From NCBI GenBank assembly GCA_949282435.1, contig CASDOM010000008.1:1-50989 (forward strand): a DNA stretch of 50,989 bases, in the 5' to 3' direction. The stretch comes from an uncultured Ureaplasma sp. Its GTDB lineage: Bacteria > Bacillota_I > Bacilli_A > Mycoplasmatales > Mycoplasmoidaceae. The notes under the pieces are model-generated. The model worked only from the letters and a program-made list of their open reading frames with translations, was not told where the DNA came from and did no database searches. Made by a program: the position numbers and the translations under genes. Within the stretch, counting starts at the first letter, position 1; every line of letters starts with the position of its first letter. Shown in pieces: positions 23,105 through 36,004 of this stretch.

Positions 23105-24838
23105 ATGAAATTTAATAGTGAATTAAATCATAGTGCAGCTCATGTTTTAGGAGCTAGCTTAAAAAAAATCTATCCTAATGTTCAATTAGCAATTGGTCCA
23201 GCAATTGAAGAAGGTTTTTATTATGATTTTTTTATTGATACACCAATTTCAATTAATGATTTATCAAAAATTGAAAAACAAATGAAAAAAATTATTAGTG
23301 CTGCTCAAAATTTTGAAAAACAAACTAAAACTAAAAAAGAAGCACTTAATTTTTATAAAAATAATAAATATAAAACTGAAATAATCAACCAAATAGATGA
23401 TAATGAAGTTATTAGTTTTTATACTAATGGAGACTTTATTGATTTATGTCGTGGTCCACATGTATCGAATACGAATAAAATTAAAGCATTTAAATTATTA
23501 AATGTTGCTGGTAGTTATTGAAGGGGCGATTCAAAAAATGATCAATTAACTAGAATTTATGGTGTTGCATTTGAATCACAAGAAGAATTAGATGAATATT
23601 TACAAATTTTAGAAGAAAGAAAACAACGTGATCATAGAAAAATTGGTAAAGATTTAAAATTATTCACTTTTAGTAATTTAGTAGGTCAAGGTTTACCAAT
23701 TTGATTACCTAATGGTACTAAAATTAAAAAATCTATTCAAGAATATATCAATTATTTACAAAGCAAATATAATTTTTTACCTGTAATGACTCCTGTTTTA
23801 GGAACTGTTGATTTATATAAAACAAGTGGACATTGAGACCATTATAAAGAAAATATGTTTCCTGTAATGGATATAGATGGTGAATTATTAGTTTTAAGAC
23901 CAATGACATGTCCTCATCACATTATTGTTTATAAAAATGAATTACATTCATATCGTCAATTACCTATTAGATTATGTGAACATTCTAATTTACATAGATA
24001 TGAAGCATCAGGTGGTTTAACTGGTTTAGAAAGAGTAAGAGAAATGGTGTTAGAAGATACTCATATTTTTTGTAGACCTGATCAAATAAAACAAGAAGTG
24101 AATGTATGCTATAACGCAATTATGGATGCTCACAATGGTTTAGGTACTAAAATTTGAAGAGTTGATTTATCTGTCTGAGATCCAACTAACAAAGAAAAAT
24201 TTCATGGTAATGCTAAAATGTGAGAATTAGCTCAAAGTCAATTAAGAGAAGCATTAATTGAAAATAATATTGAATATACTGAAATGGCTGGAGAAGCCGC
24301 TTTTTATGGTCCTAAAATTGATTTTCAAGTAAAAACTTCATTAGGTCATATCGTAACTGTTTCTACAATTCAATTAGACTTCTTATTACCTGAAAAATTT
24401 GAATTAGAATACATTAATGAAAATAATAAACCTGAACGTCCTGTTATGGTTCATTTAGGAATAATTGGTACTTATGAAAGATATTTATCAATGTTATTAG
24501 AACAAACAAAAGGTATCTTACCATTTTGATTATCTCCAAATCAAATAGTAATTATGCCTGTAAATAATAATTTACATTTAGATTATTCTCAAAATATTTA
24601 TGATAAATTAATCGAACTTGGTTTTAGAGCTATGTTGGATAATAGAGAAGAAAGATTGGCTAAGAAGATAAGAGAATCTCAAATATCTAAAATTCCTTTT
24701 CAAATTATAATTGGTGATAAAGAAATTCAAAGCAATAATTATGTTACTTTTAGACGTTATGGTGAAGAAGTAGATAATTATATGCAATTTGATGATTTTG
24801 TAAAATTATTAAATCAATTAAAAAAAGATAAAAAATAA
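23105..24838 (+). CDS. thrS: threonine--tRNA ligase
   Basis: [43 protein letters not shown]. Confidence 0.97.
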
Positions 24839-24844
24839 TTTATT

Positions 24845-25324
24845 ATGAAATGTATTGATGCAAAAATTATTATTGAATACTTAAAAAATAGTAAATTAAA
24901 ATTAGTCACTATTGAATCTGCATCATGTGGTAATTTAGCTAATACAATTGCTAATTATAATGGTGTAAGCAGTTTTTATATTGGTGGATATATAGTTTAT
25001 AGTTTATATGCTAAACATAAAATGTTGGGTATTAAAAATAGCATTTTGAATCAACATGGAACAATTAGTTATAAAACTGCATATTATATGGTTAAAAATG
25101 CTGTAAAAAAGAATCATTGCGATATTGGTATATCAATTACTGGAAATGCCGGTCCTGATCCTATTGAAAACAAACCAAATGGTTTATATTATGTTGGTAT
25201 TAAATATATAAATAATATATATTTATATAAAGTTAAATTAAACAACATTTTAACTAGAAATGAACAAAGACAAAGAATAAGTTTAATAAGTTTAAATTTA
25301 TTATTTAATATTCTTAATAAATAA
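24845..25324 (+). CDS. cinA: CinA C-terminal / PncC-like NMN deamidase
   Basis: TIESASCG, YSLYAK, ISITGNAGP; cinA-recA synteny. Confidence 0.85.
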   Translation: MKCIDAKIIIEYLKNSKLKLVTIESASCGNLANTIANYNGVSSFYIGGYIVYSLYAKHKMLGIKNSILNQHGTISYKTAYYMVKNAVKKNHCDIGISITGNAGPDPIENKPNGLYYVGIKYINNIYLYKVKLNNILTRNEQRQRISLISLNLLFNILNK

Positions 25325-25374
25325 TATTAGTAATATTCATATCATTTACATTAATTATTATTGAGGTGAATAAT

Positions 25375-26343
25375 ATGAAAACTAATTTAAATGATATTCT
25401 TTGAAGAAAATATTCTAATGATTTTGTTACTATTAATGATTTGGAAAGACCAATAGAAGTAATTAAAACTGGAAATTATAACTTTGATAAAATACTTGGT
25501 TGTGATGGTATACCTAAATCAAGAATTACTGAAATTTTTGGTAATGAGTCTTCTGGAAAAACTACAATTGCTTTACAAATTGCAAAAGAGGTAACATTAA
25601 AAAGAGAAAAGGTATTATATATTGATTTGGAATGCACTTTAGATATAAAATATTTAAAATCATTGGGGATTGATATTAATTATATTTATATTTGTAGACC
25701 AAAAAGCGGCGAAAAAACTTTTTCAATAATCGAAGATTCATTAAAGGAAGATCAATTTAGTTTAATAATTGTAGATTCAGTTGCTGCAATGACAACTGAA
25801 AATGAATTAGATGAAAATATTGAGGATAATGCTAGATTAGGGGCATTAGCAAGACTTATGTCTAAAGGATTGCGTAGAATTCAAAATATGTTAAATTTAT
25901 CTAATACAGCATTAATATTTATTAATCAAATTAGAGAAAGAATTGGTGTTTTATATGGCAATCCTGAAACTACAACTGGTGGAAAAGCATTAAGATTCTT
26001 TGCTACAATAAGAATCGAAGTTAAAAAAGCAGATTTAATTAAAAATGGTCAAGATAAAATTGGTATAAAAGCTAAATTAACCATTGTTAAAAATAAATTA
26101 GGTAAACCATTTGAATATACATATATAAATATTTATTTTGGTGAAGGGTACGACTATACATTAGATATCTTGGATTTTGCTATTGAAAATAACATTATTA
26201 AAAAATCTGGTTCTTGATTTTATTTTAATGATGAAAAACTTTGTCAAGGTATGAATAAATTAAAAATATACTGTAATGAAAATCCAGAATGGTTAAATAA
26301 TATTAAAAATATTATTGAGAAAAAAATAGATATAGTTAATTAA
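25375..26343 (+). CDS. recA: recombinase A
   Basis: GAGGTG SD; GNESSGKTT, IVDSVAA, FINQIR, PETTTGGKALRF, KNK, KSGSWF. Confidence 0.97.
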
Positions 26344-26743
26344 TGCTTGAAGATTTTATATTAATATATTCTTCATCAGAATAAAAATATATTATTTTTA
26401 TATTTGGATTAAGTTTTTTATATTTATTTAATAAATCCATTTCATATATATAATCTTCATGATTTCTTATACCACGAATAATATAGTTGGCTTTTAAATT
26501 GTCATATATATCTGTGGTAAGTCCATCATTAATTATTATTTGGTTATTTAAATTATTTTCAAGTAATATTTGTTTTATGATACTTACTCGTTTATCAAAG
26601 TTTGACTGGGATTGCTTTGTTGGGTTATTTGCAACAACAATATAAACTTTACTAAAAAAAACATTAGCTTTTTTTAATATGTGTAAATGTCCAATATGAA
26701 ATGGATCAAATGAACCTACAAAAATAGCAATATTACAATTCAT
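26336..26743 (-). CDS. coaD: pantetheine-phosphate adenylyltransferase
   Basis: GSFDPFHIGH, NPTK, IIRGIR, DYIYE, IKSS. Confidence 0.85.
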   Translation of the reverse strand: MNCNIAIFVGSFDPFHIGHLHILKKANVFFSKVYIVVANNPTKQSQSNFDKRVSIIKQILLENNLNNQIIINDGLTTDIYDNLKANYIIRGIRNHEDYIYEMDLLNKYKKLNPNIKIIYFYSDEEYINIKSSSIN

Positions 26744-28085
26744 TTATAAAACCTAAAAAAGCAATATTCATATCAGATTCAGCTAAATAATTAATAGGAA
26801 ATTCTACATTTTGATCAGTTATTGAAACATTTTCAAGATCTATAAGTTGTTCTAATAATGTACAAAATTCGGGATTATTTGGGAATATATTTTTAAAGTA
26901 TTCATTTTTAACATAAGTCATTAAATTTAAATAACATGGTGAATAATTAACATAATCAAAATTTTGCATTGTTAATGAAGTGTATTCATCATTATCATCA
27001 GTATTTTGTATTTTATCTAGATCTAATACAATATCTTTTATAATTTGATATATTTGTTCTTTTTTAGAATTACTTGATAGTTTATTAATTACTATTCCAT
27101 CCATTGCTATAAAGTTTTTGTTAGGTATTATAACATGTTTATTATTAGTTCAATTAGTAATTTCTTGATCATTTAAACTAGATATATCAATTAAATCTCC
27201 ACCTAACAATGAATATATTGCATCTCCATTATAAAAAAATGCTCCATTAATTTCATTGTTTGCTAATTTGTTTAAAATAATATTTGAATCCGAATTAAAT
27301 GTTAATGTATTTTTATTTACATTTATATAATAATTAGAAATATTTTGATATATTTTTTGCATTTTATTTATACCCATTGAAATGTTAGATTTTTTATTAT
27401 TAATTGTAATTATAGATTCAACTGGGTTAATATTTTGATCATTAATAATGTTAGCAACTCCAAATACAGTTCTCGCATCCTCAACCATCATTACTGATGA
27501 TTTTGTATTTATAAATCTATCGTTATTAGAAATATATTCAAATATATTTTTAAATGATGAATTATCATTAATTTTTTGGTCATTTATTTTTGATCCATTA
27601 TATGCAAAAATAATATTTTGACAAAAATATGGAATTGTATATTTAAGTAAATTTACCCCACATACTAAGTTTCCAATTGTTTCACATAAATTTCACACTG
27701 TTGGAGTGACAATTTGTTCTAAATCTGAGTAATTAACTACTTTTGTTCCACTAGGAGTATATAAATCAAACATTGATCAATCTATTTCTTGAATTGAATC
27801 TTCAATAATTAGTTGAGCAATCATATTATTTGATGCAATAGCAACATCTAGTGTTTTATTTTGAATGTAAGTTGGAATTTCAGCATTTGATGAATAATAC
27901 TGTCAATTTATATCATATTTGTTATCCATTTCCTTCATAACAGTTGGAGACATGTATGATTGAAAATTGCCAAACACAATGTTATCGTGCGAAATATTAG
28001 ACAAAGAAAATGGTAATGCAATAATGCTTACTGTTAATAATATTGATAAACAAAATCAACCTATATTTTTAACAATTTTTTTCAT
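26733..28085 (-). CDS. PotD-like polyamine-binding protein
   Basis: N-terminal anchor; NFQSYMSP, YYSSNAE, DVAIASN, IPYFCQ, YNGDA, DGIVI, NFDYVNYSP. Confidence 0.7.
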
Positions 28086-28091
28086 TATTTA

Positions 28092-28508
28092 TTATTTTAT
28101 AATTAAAGACATTATTTTTTTTAATTTATTATTATCAATGTTAGTTCTATCATCGTTTGTAGATATTATTAAACCTTGATTTTCATTATATTTAGGAATA
28201 ATATGTAAATGAAAATGATTAATAATTTGTCCAGCAATTTTATTTTCATTTGATAAATAATTAAATCCATTAATTCCGATATTTAAATCAATTAATTTAT
28301 TTGCAATTTCTTTTGTAGCATTAATAATTTCTTTTAAATATAATTCATCACAGGTGGATAAATTATCATAATGTTTTTTGGGTATTAATAAAATATGTCC
28401 AGCAGAAATTGGATTAATATCTAAAAAAGCAAGAACATAATCATTATCAAATATTTTTTTAGATGGAATTTCATTATTAATAATTTTACAAAATAAACAA
28501 TCTTTCAT
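28092..28508 (-). CDS. hit: HIT family nucleotide hydrolase
   Basis: DCLFCKII, AFLDINP, GHILLIPK, HFHLHIIP. Confidence 0.93.
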   Translation of the reverse strand: MKDCLFCKIINNEIPSKKIFDNDYVLAFLDINPISAGHILLIPKKHYDNLSTCDELYLKEIINATKEIANKLIDLNIGINGFNYLSNENKIAGQIINHFHLHIIPKYNENQGLIISTNDDRTNIDNNKLKKIMSLIIK

Positions 28509-30484
28509 TATTTTTCACTTTCATATGTATCATTAATAACTTTAATAATTGAAGTACACATGTTTTTATTTACATATGCCATTTGTAAATGATATAAATT
28601 ATCATCTGTGCTTAATAACATATCACCATTACCACATAATAATTCAGCTCCTGACATGTTAATAACATATTGTGATTCCATTATTGAATCAACTTTCATA
28701 ATTACTATATTATTCATATATTTGTTAAATAATATTGTTTTGTCATTAATTACAGAAGAAGTTAAAATTAATGAAATACCATGATTGTATGATTTATTTA
28801 ATATATTATTAATTAATTGAGTTGCTTTATTGTAATTGTATGTTAGAACATCTTTTAAATCATTAATAATAATAAATTTGTTTTTCAAAATATTATTATT
28901 GTTGTTTATTTTTAAATTATAAGCATATATATTATCAACATTATAGTTGATAAACAATTTTTCTTCTAGTTGTATTAAATCATTAATACTTTCTAAGCAA
29001 GTCATAGCTTCAGAGGCAGATTTAAAATAATTACCATTGACATGTGTTAGTGTTTCAAATTGTTTTAAAGTTTTTTGGGTAGTATCAATTATATATGCAT
29101 CTAAATTTTTTGGAGAATTCAAAAAACACATAGATAATATAATACTTGATAATAACATTGCTCTTCCACTGCCAATTCCACCATAAATAATTAAATTAGG
29201 TTCATAGCATGTATTTATATAATATGATTTTCTATTACCCTGTTTTCCAATAGCAACACAAAATTTATTTTCATGTCCCATTGATTGAATAATATCTCTA
29301 ATTGATACAATAGGTTTATTATTTTCATTAAATGTAACAACATTAATGAATGAAATTATATTATTACTAATTTTATGAATAATAATTTTATTACTTGATA
29401 ATGAATTAATATCATCATTATGTTGAGAAATAAAATTATATATATTGTTATCATCAAATTTAAAAGTAACACTAATTGATTGAAACATAATTTCAGTAAA
29501 TATTATTTCAGCATCAACATTGTTGATCTTAAAATATTTTTTTAATTTATTTGAAAACTCAGTTAATACATTAGATAATAATGGAAAAAAATCAATACCA
29601 TTTTGTTCGATTGTGTTAATGTTTGGATATTTATTATAAATTAATTTTGATGTATATTTTTCCACTACATTATTTTTAATTTGTTTTATTTTTGCATTTT
29701 TAATATCTAACAATGATGTTTTATTTGGGAAATATGATTCTCATATATTTGCATCAACATTTTGAGGTTCATCTAACATTTCACTAATATTATTTTCATT
29801 AATTGTTTGATTGTTAGATTTCTTTTTAAATTTATTTTGTAATTTAGTAAATTTTTTATTGAACATTAATAACAATAATAAAACTAATGCACATGTACAA
29901 ACAATTATAACAATTGCTGGAAGACCTTCTTTAATACATACTATTAATGTTAATGAAATTATCCCTCCATATCCATATTGATTAAAATTATTAAAATTAT
30001 TAAGTTTTTTTCAATCATTATATATTCATGAAGTAATATATGATGCAGATTTAGATTCTGTTGATAAATTTGAGTTTCAAACATAATAATCTTTAAATTG
30101 TTCAACATCTCTTAAATTAGTAGTATATAAACTTATTGCAGATAATATTAAACACAATAATAAGAAAATGATGAAAAAATATTTTAAAAATTTTTTACTA
30201 AAAACTTTTTTAAGTTGTTTTGGAAACCAAAATAATATACTATATAAAAATACAACAAAGTAAATGAAATATTTTCCTCATCCAAATAAAAAAGAAAAAA
30301 ATATTGAATCAAAAAAAGTACCAATGTAAGGAACTCTTAAAAAAGACATAAATAAAAATGCATAAAGAAAAATAATAAATAAATATTTTATTATTCTAAA
30401 TGAAATAGATTTAGATTTGTCTTTTTGAATCATTGTTTTAAATCTATTAGTAGATTCAGTGTTTAATTGATTTTCATTATTCAT
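28508..30484 (-). CDS. FtsK/SpoIIIE-like membrane protein with degenerate ATPase motifs
   Basis: N-terminal TM region; PNLIIYGGIGSGRA, SPKNL, GAELLCGNGDML, LQMAYV; no gamma domain. Confidence 0.75.
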
Positions 30485-30489
30485 GTTTT

Positions 30490-32172
30490 TTACCTTTCAT
30501 TAATTTCTATTATAGTAGGTAATATTATTGGACGTTTATTAAATTTCTTTTCAAATAATTTTACAAAGAATTTTTTAATTAATATTTTTGTTTCTTTAGT
30601 ATCAATTTTATTCTTTATTTTATCAATAACAATATTGTTGTATATATTATTTTTAAATTGATTTATTATTTCATCTAAAGCTTTTTTGCTATCTTCATCA
30701 TTTGTTAATGTACCATATGATTCAACATCAATGTAATTTAAAAATTTATTATTTTTAACATCTATTGCAATTGATAAAAAAATTATACCAGCTTCAGCCA
30801 TTTGTTTACGTTCATTTAATACAGCGTTTCCTACATCAATTGAACCAATATTATTAACATAATTTTCATTTAGTTTAATAATAGTTTTTTTATCATTTAA
30901 TTCACCATTATTAATTTCTATCATTTCACCATTATCTAAATATATAACATTATTATAATTTACTTTAGTTTGAGTGCATACTGCCTGATATTTAACTATT
31001 GATTTATAATAACCTTGAGTTGGAAAAATGTATTTTGGATTTAATAAATCAATTAAATATTTATGGTCTTCATTAGAAGCGACCATAGGTAAAATGTTTC
31101 TTGGTAATGAATATGCATTTACATCTAAACGATGAAGTTCGTCCATTAATCTAGCTGCATGTCCTTCATAACCATTAATTAATTGAACTCCTAATATAAA
31201 TGTGTCTGTATTATTTAAAGCAATATTTTGATTTTGATTATTGACTATATTAAATAAAATTTTAAATAAATTATCTTGAATTGCAGAAATTACAACAATA
31301 GCATTAGGACTATTTTTAATTTCAGAAATTTTTATACACATCAATCCTTTGGGACTGATCATTTTATTTTTTACTACATAACTAAATAAATTCATAAATG
31401 TAGATCCATAAACACAAAATGGTCTTTTATGAGTTTTTGCTATGTTTGCTAAGTTAACAATTGTATATGCGTCTTGATCATTTAATGCTATAAAAATTCT
31501 TCCATTCACATTTGAAATAATATTTTCATAATATTGATAGTTACAGTGATTTGGAGTTGTAAAGCCTTTATAATTGCCAACGTTACCAGTTGAAGCTATT
31601 AATGCTAGGTTTTTGTTATTAGTGATGTGATTAATTTTTTCAATATGATCATGAAAAATTAGAGTTTTATCATTATTAATCATAAAATCATCTAAATATA
31701 TAATTGATCCATCATCAGTTTTAATTATTCATCCCAATGAATTTAAAATTGAGTTACAAATTTTAAATGGAATAATTGTGGTGTTATTAAATACTAATTT
31801 GTTATATTCATTAACAACATTAATGTTCGGTTTATTTAATTTTAATGATGATTTTTCATAATATGTTTCAATAATAACTTTTGCAACATCACTACAATAT
31901 ATTGGTGTATTAGGGTTAATTTTTTTTAACAAAAAAGGTAGAGCAGCATAATTATTAGAATATGGATACCCAATAAATATTCCTCTTACATTGTTTGCGT
32001 TATTTGCTAAATAATCAAAATCAGGCGTAACCATATTTACACCTAATTTACCATTAATAGGTATTTTTACTCCAACATCAAAAACAAAAATATCGTTATT
32101 GATTTTGATAATAAAACAATTTTTTCCTCTTTCATCTTGTCCACCTAATGGTAAACAACTAATATTGGACAT
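30490..32172 (-). CDS. ribonuclease J2-like paralogue (metal-binding motif lost)
   Basis: PLGGQDERGKN, PDFDYL, DVGNAVLNERKQMAEAG, KRPIILP; HxHxDH replaced by GYPYSNN. Confidence 0.85.
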
Positions 32173-32261
32173 ACTTTTATTTCCTTTTTTATATATATAA
32201 ATATATTAAAATTTAAAAAATGAATTTAAATTATTAATATTATAAAATAATATTACTAAAA

Positions 32262-32924
32262 TTATTTATTTATATTTTTTTTCAAAGCATCTTTAGCGGC
32301 GTTTTCCTCTGCTTCTTTGATTTTAGAACCATATCCTACACCATATGTAATATTGTTAAAAATTAGTTTTGCACATTTTTTATCAGTATTTGTAGAAATA
32401 TGTTTGTATTTAACTTCTGCTTTAAATAATTCTTGAATAATGGTTTTATATGGTTTAATAGGTTTTGAATTTAAAGATTGCTTTAACATCTTTTCAACTA
32501 ATTCACGTGCAACATTAATGTTTGTATCAATTGACACAGCACCTATAAAAGCTTCAAATGTATTTTCAAATATTGAATCAGCTACTCCATCTTTTTTAAT
32601 TCCATTACCCACTAATAGTAATTTATCAAAACGATTTTCTTTAGCTATTTTTGCTAAATTTTCACCTTTAACAATTTTAATTTTTAGATCAGACATTTTT
32701 CCTTCATCATAATCATAATTTTTATATAAATAATTTGCTACTACTCACGAAATTACCGCATCACCTAAAAATTCTAATCTTTCATAATTTTCTTTTATAT
32801 TATGTTCATTAGAATATGTTTGGTGTGTGAATGCAGTAATATAATTTGATATATTATTAATTTTTAATTTATATTTTTTAGTTAATTTTTGAAAATATTC
32901 AAGATTAAAATTATTATCTATCAT
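32262..32924 (-). CDS. rnc: ribonuclease III
   Basis: AFTHQTY, NYERLEFLGDAV, FEAFIGA, dsRBD with EAEENAAK. Confidence 0.95.
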
Positions 32925-33927
32925 TTTGTTTTTCCTTATTTAAAAAAATATTGAATTCAATAATTTCTTTTTTAATATTATCTAATATATTATTTTTAAC
33001 ACATTCATATAACATTCTTAATGAACTATAAAATTGTTTATAATCAGCTGAACCGTGTGTTTTAACACATATTTTATTTAATCCCATTACAAATGCACCA
33101 GCATAATTTTTATAATCAAATTTGTTAAATGTTTTTCTTAAAAAATTAACTGAAAATAATAATGAGAAAATATTTTTAGGTTTTTTAATTTCATTTTTGA
33201 TCAAATTAGCAATAGTTTTTACTGATCCTTCACAAGCTTTTAATACAATATTACCACTAAATCCATCTGTAACTACTACATCGGCTACATGATTTAACAA
33301 TTTATTAGATTCCACAAACCCCACATAATTTATTTTTTTGTATTTTTTTAATAATTCATTAGTTTTACGAACTAATTCAGTACCTTTATGTTCTTCGGTT
33401 CCAATATTTAATAATCCAATTTTAGGATTTTTATTCTTTTGTTTTGAATAAATATTACCAATAATTGCAAATCTTGCTAAATCAAATTCATTAACATCTA
33501 TTGATGCTCCAACATCTAAAAGTTGAAAACAACTATTATCAACTGTAGGAATTGTTGGCATAAACCCTGGTTTGTTAATTCCATCAATTAATCCAATAGT
33601 TTGGTACATTATAAATACAAAAATTGGTGTAGATCCAGCACTTAATAATCCATCTACTTTATTTTCATTTAAAAAATTTGCAGCTAATTGCATACTTGAA
33701 TGAGGTTTTCTACGAATATTTAATATTTGATCATCTTGACTAATGAATTGTTCAGTATGAATAATTTCAAATTCATTATTAGATTCTAAATGAGGTAAGA
33801 TAAGATTTCTATTACCAAATAATATTATTTTTAAATCATTGTGTTCACTACAAAATTGTCTACAAGCTTTAATAGATTCATTGATATCATTTTCATAACC
33901 CATTACATCTACAGCTAATTTATACAT
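32914..33927 (-). CDS. plsX: phosphate acyltransferase
   Basis: LAVDVMG, LDVGA, LLNIGTEEHKG, VTDGFSGN, KTHGS. Confidence 0.95.
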   Translation of the reverse strand: MYKLAVDVMGYENDINESIKACRQFCSEHNDLKIILFGNRNLILPHLESNNEFEIIHTEQFISQDDQILNIRRKPHSSMQLAANFLNENKVDGLLSAGSTPIFVFIMYQTIGLIDGINKPGFMPTIPTVDNSCFQLLDVGASIDVNEFDLARFAIIGNIYSKQKNKNPKIGLLNIGTEEHKGTELVRKTNELLKKYKKINYVGFVESNKLLNHVADVVVTDGFSGNIVLKACEGSVKTIANLIKNEIKKPKNIFSLLFSVNFLRKTFNKFDYKNYAGAFVMGLNKICVKTHGSADYKQFYSSLRMLYECVKNNILDNIKKEIIEFNIFLNKEKQNDR

Positions 33928-33928
33928 A

Positions 33929-35560
33929 TTATTGAACACCTATTATATATTCATAAATATTTTGTTCACCAATTTTAATTTCACAATATAGGTTATATTT
34001 TTCTAGTGCATATTTTTCAAATTTATTAATTATTGATTGAGAATAATTTGCTCCGCAAATTAAAAATGCAATATCAATATTTTTCTTTGTATCCATCAAA
34101 TAATCTAATGATTTTTTTAATATATCCATTATTTTTTCGTCAACAATAACAATTTTTTTGTTGTAAATAGCTATTTTTTGATCTTTTTTAATTTCTAAAT
34201 TATTAGAAATAGTATTTTTAGATGCAGTCGAAATCAATATAGACGAACTTTTTTTAGTAGTTTTGTTCATATATTTTAAATTAGTTTTAAGAGGTAATGA
34301 TTTATCATATGTAGTAATTGTGACTAAAGAATCAAAAATATTTTTATTGACAATAACATGAATATTATAATCATTAGATAATAAATTAACAGCCTCTTTA
34401 GCGGCAAAATAAAAATTTGAATCATCTAATAATAAAATAATATTTTTTAAATTTAATTTATTAATTGCATTTATAAATATTTTTACAGATGGAATCTCTT
34501 TATCATAAATAATTGTATGATTAACTCCATAATCCTCAATTAACATATTAGATAATTGATTGGTAGCAACAGTTGCAATTAAACCAACCCCATCTTTAAT
34601 ATTTTTCTTAACTTTAGATAGGTATTGATTAGTCATATTTTCAATTTTTATTTTTTCAAATTCACCATATTTTTGTGATAATTTTAATAATTTATGTGGA
34701 GTAAAAGTGTGGATATGTACTTTAACAATATCGTTATCATTTACACACACTAATGAATTACCAATTTTGCTTAGTTCTTTTTTAAAATCATCAAAATTAA
34801 ATTTAGACTTTGATTTTACATTATTAGGATCAATAATAGAACCTAATTTTATTATTACTTCACTACAATATCCAAATCCATCCTCAACAATTTTATTTTC
34901 TAAAAAACTATTAGCTTTTTCATCTAAATTAACCACTTTATTGTTTGTTTGAGCAACTGTTTTGTTATTTAAGTAGTTGTTCATTCCATTAAAAAATGAC
35001 ATTAAACCATAACCACCAGAATCAACAACACCTGCTTGTTGCAAATCTTTTAACATATTAGTGGTTTGTAAAACTGCATCATTTCCTACTTTAATTACAT
35101 CTTCAAATAAAGTTTCTATGCATTCATATTTGTTGTTATTTAAATGTTCAGAAATTAATCTAATAACAGTTAGTATTGTCCCTTCAACCGGATTAGAAAC
35201 AGCTTTATATGCTTCAATTTTTGCATTTTCAAATGATTTAATTATTGTATCAACATCTAATTCGTTAATGTTTTCATAATTTTTGAAAAAACCACGAAAA
35301 ATTTGTGAAAAGATTACTCCAGAATTTCCTCTAGCATTCATTAATAATCCATATTTAAATTTTTCTGCTAATGTATGAAATGAATCAATATTAATAGTTT
35401 CCAAAAATTTTATTGCTTCATTTATGGTAGTATTTAAATTTGAACCAGTATCTCCATCTGGTACTGGAAAAATATTTAATTCATTTATATATAAGTATTC
35501 ACTATTAATTTGAGCAGCACCAGCTTTTAACATTTCATACATTTTTTTGTAATTTAACAT
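33929..35560 (-). CDS. fakA: DAK2-domain fatty acid kinase subunit
   Basis: LNIFPVPDGDTGSN, ARGNSGVIFSQ, PVEGTILTV, VVDSGG, YCSE, KVHIH. Confidence 0.9.
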   Translation of the reverse strand: MLNYKKMYEMLKAGAAQINSEYLYINELNIFPVPDGDTGSNLNTTINEAIKFLETINIDSFHTLAEKFKYGLLMNARGNSGVIFSQIFRGFFKNYENINELDVDTIIKSFENAKIEAYKAVSNPVEGTILTVIRLISEHLNNNKYECIETLFEDVIKVGNDAVLQTTNMLKDLQQAGVVDSGGYGLMSFFNGMNNYLNNKTVAQTNNKVVNLDEKANSFLENKIVEDGFGYCSEVIIKLGSIIDPNNVKSKSKFNFDDFKKELSKIGNSLVCVNDNDIVKVHIHTFTPHKLLKLSQKYGEFEKIKIENMTNQYLSKVKKNIKDGVGLIATVATNQLSNMLIEDYGVNHTIIYDKEIPSVKIFINAINKLNLKNIILLLDDSNFYFAAKEAVNLLSNDYNIHVIVNKNIFDSLVTITTYDKSLPLKTNLKYMNKTTKKSSSILISTASKNTISNNLEIKKDQKIAIYNKKIVIVDEKIMDILKKSLDYLMDTKKNIDIAFLICGANYSQSIINKFEKYALEKYNLYCEIKIGEQNIYEYIIGVQ

Positions 35561-35723
35561 ATTTTTCACCAATTTATAAATATAAAATATTTAAATATAA
35601 GAAAAATCAATTTATATAAAAAACATTATTTATTAAATATTATCATAAAATAATATATAATTTTATAATGTTATTATTGTTAGCATATTTGAATGAATAA
35701 ATATTTATTTGGAAGGATAATAT

Positions 35724-35921
35724 ATGTCTAGAAAAGATCAATTAACTGGCAAAGGACCTTTATTTGGAAATAAAAGAAGTCATGCTATGAATCATTCTCG
35801 TAGAGTATGAAACGTAAACTTACAAAAAGTTACAATTAAAGATTCTAATGGTAATTCTGTATCTGTAAAGGTTTCTGCAAGAACATTAAAAACTCTTAAG
35901 AAAAATAATTTATTAGCTTAA
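35724..35921 (+). CDS. rpmB: 50S ribosomal protein L28
   Basis: [34 protein letters not shown]...[11 protein letters not shown]; divergent from fakA. Confidence 0.95.
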
Positions 35922-35969
35922 GTTATTTTTAAGTGTATATAGTTATTTATTTAAATTAAATAATTTTAT

Positions 35970-35998
35970 AAAGTTATCAATATCTTTGGTAACTTTTT
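35970..35998 (+). terminator. terminator hairpin between convergent rpmB and yebC
   Basis: AAAGTTATCAA / TTGGTAACTTT stem followed by T run. Confidence 0.65.
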
Positions 35999-36004
35999 GT
36001 TTGC

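Noticed and set aside
26336-26743. NadD instead of CoaD, given nearby NAD salvage genes
   Set aside because: IIRGIR, DYIYE and the short length fit CoaD; the NadD IIGxD motif is absent
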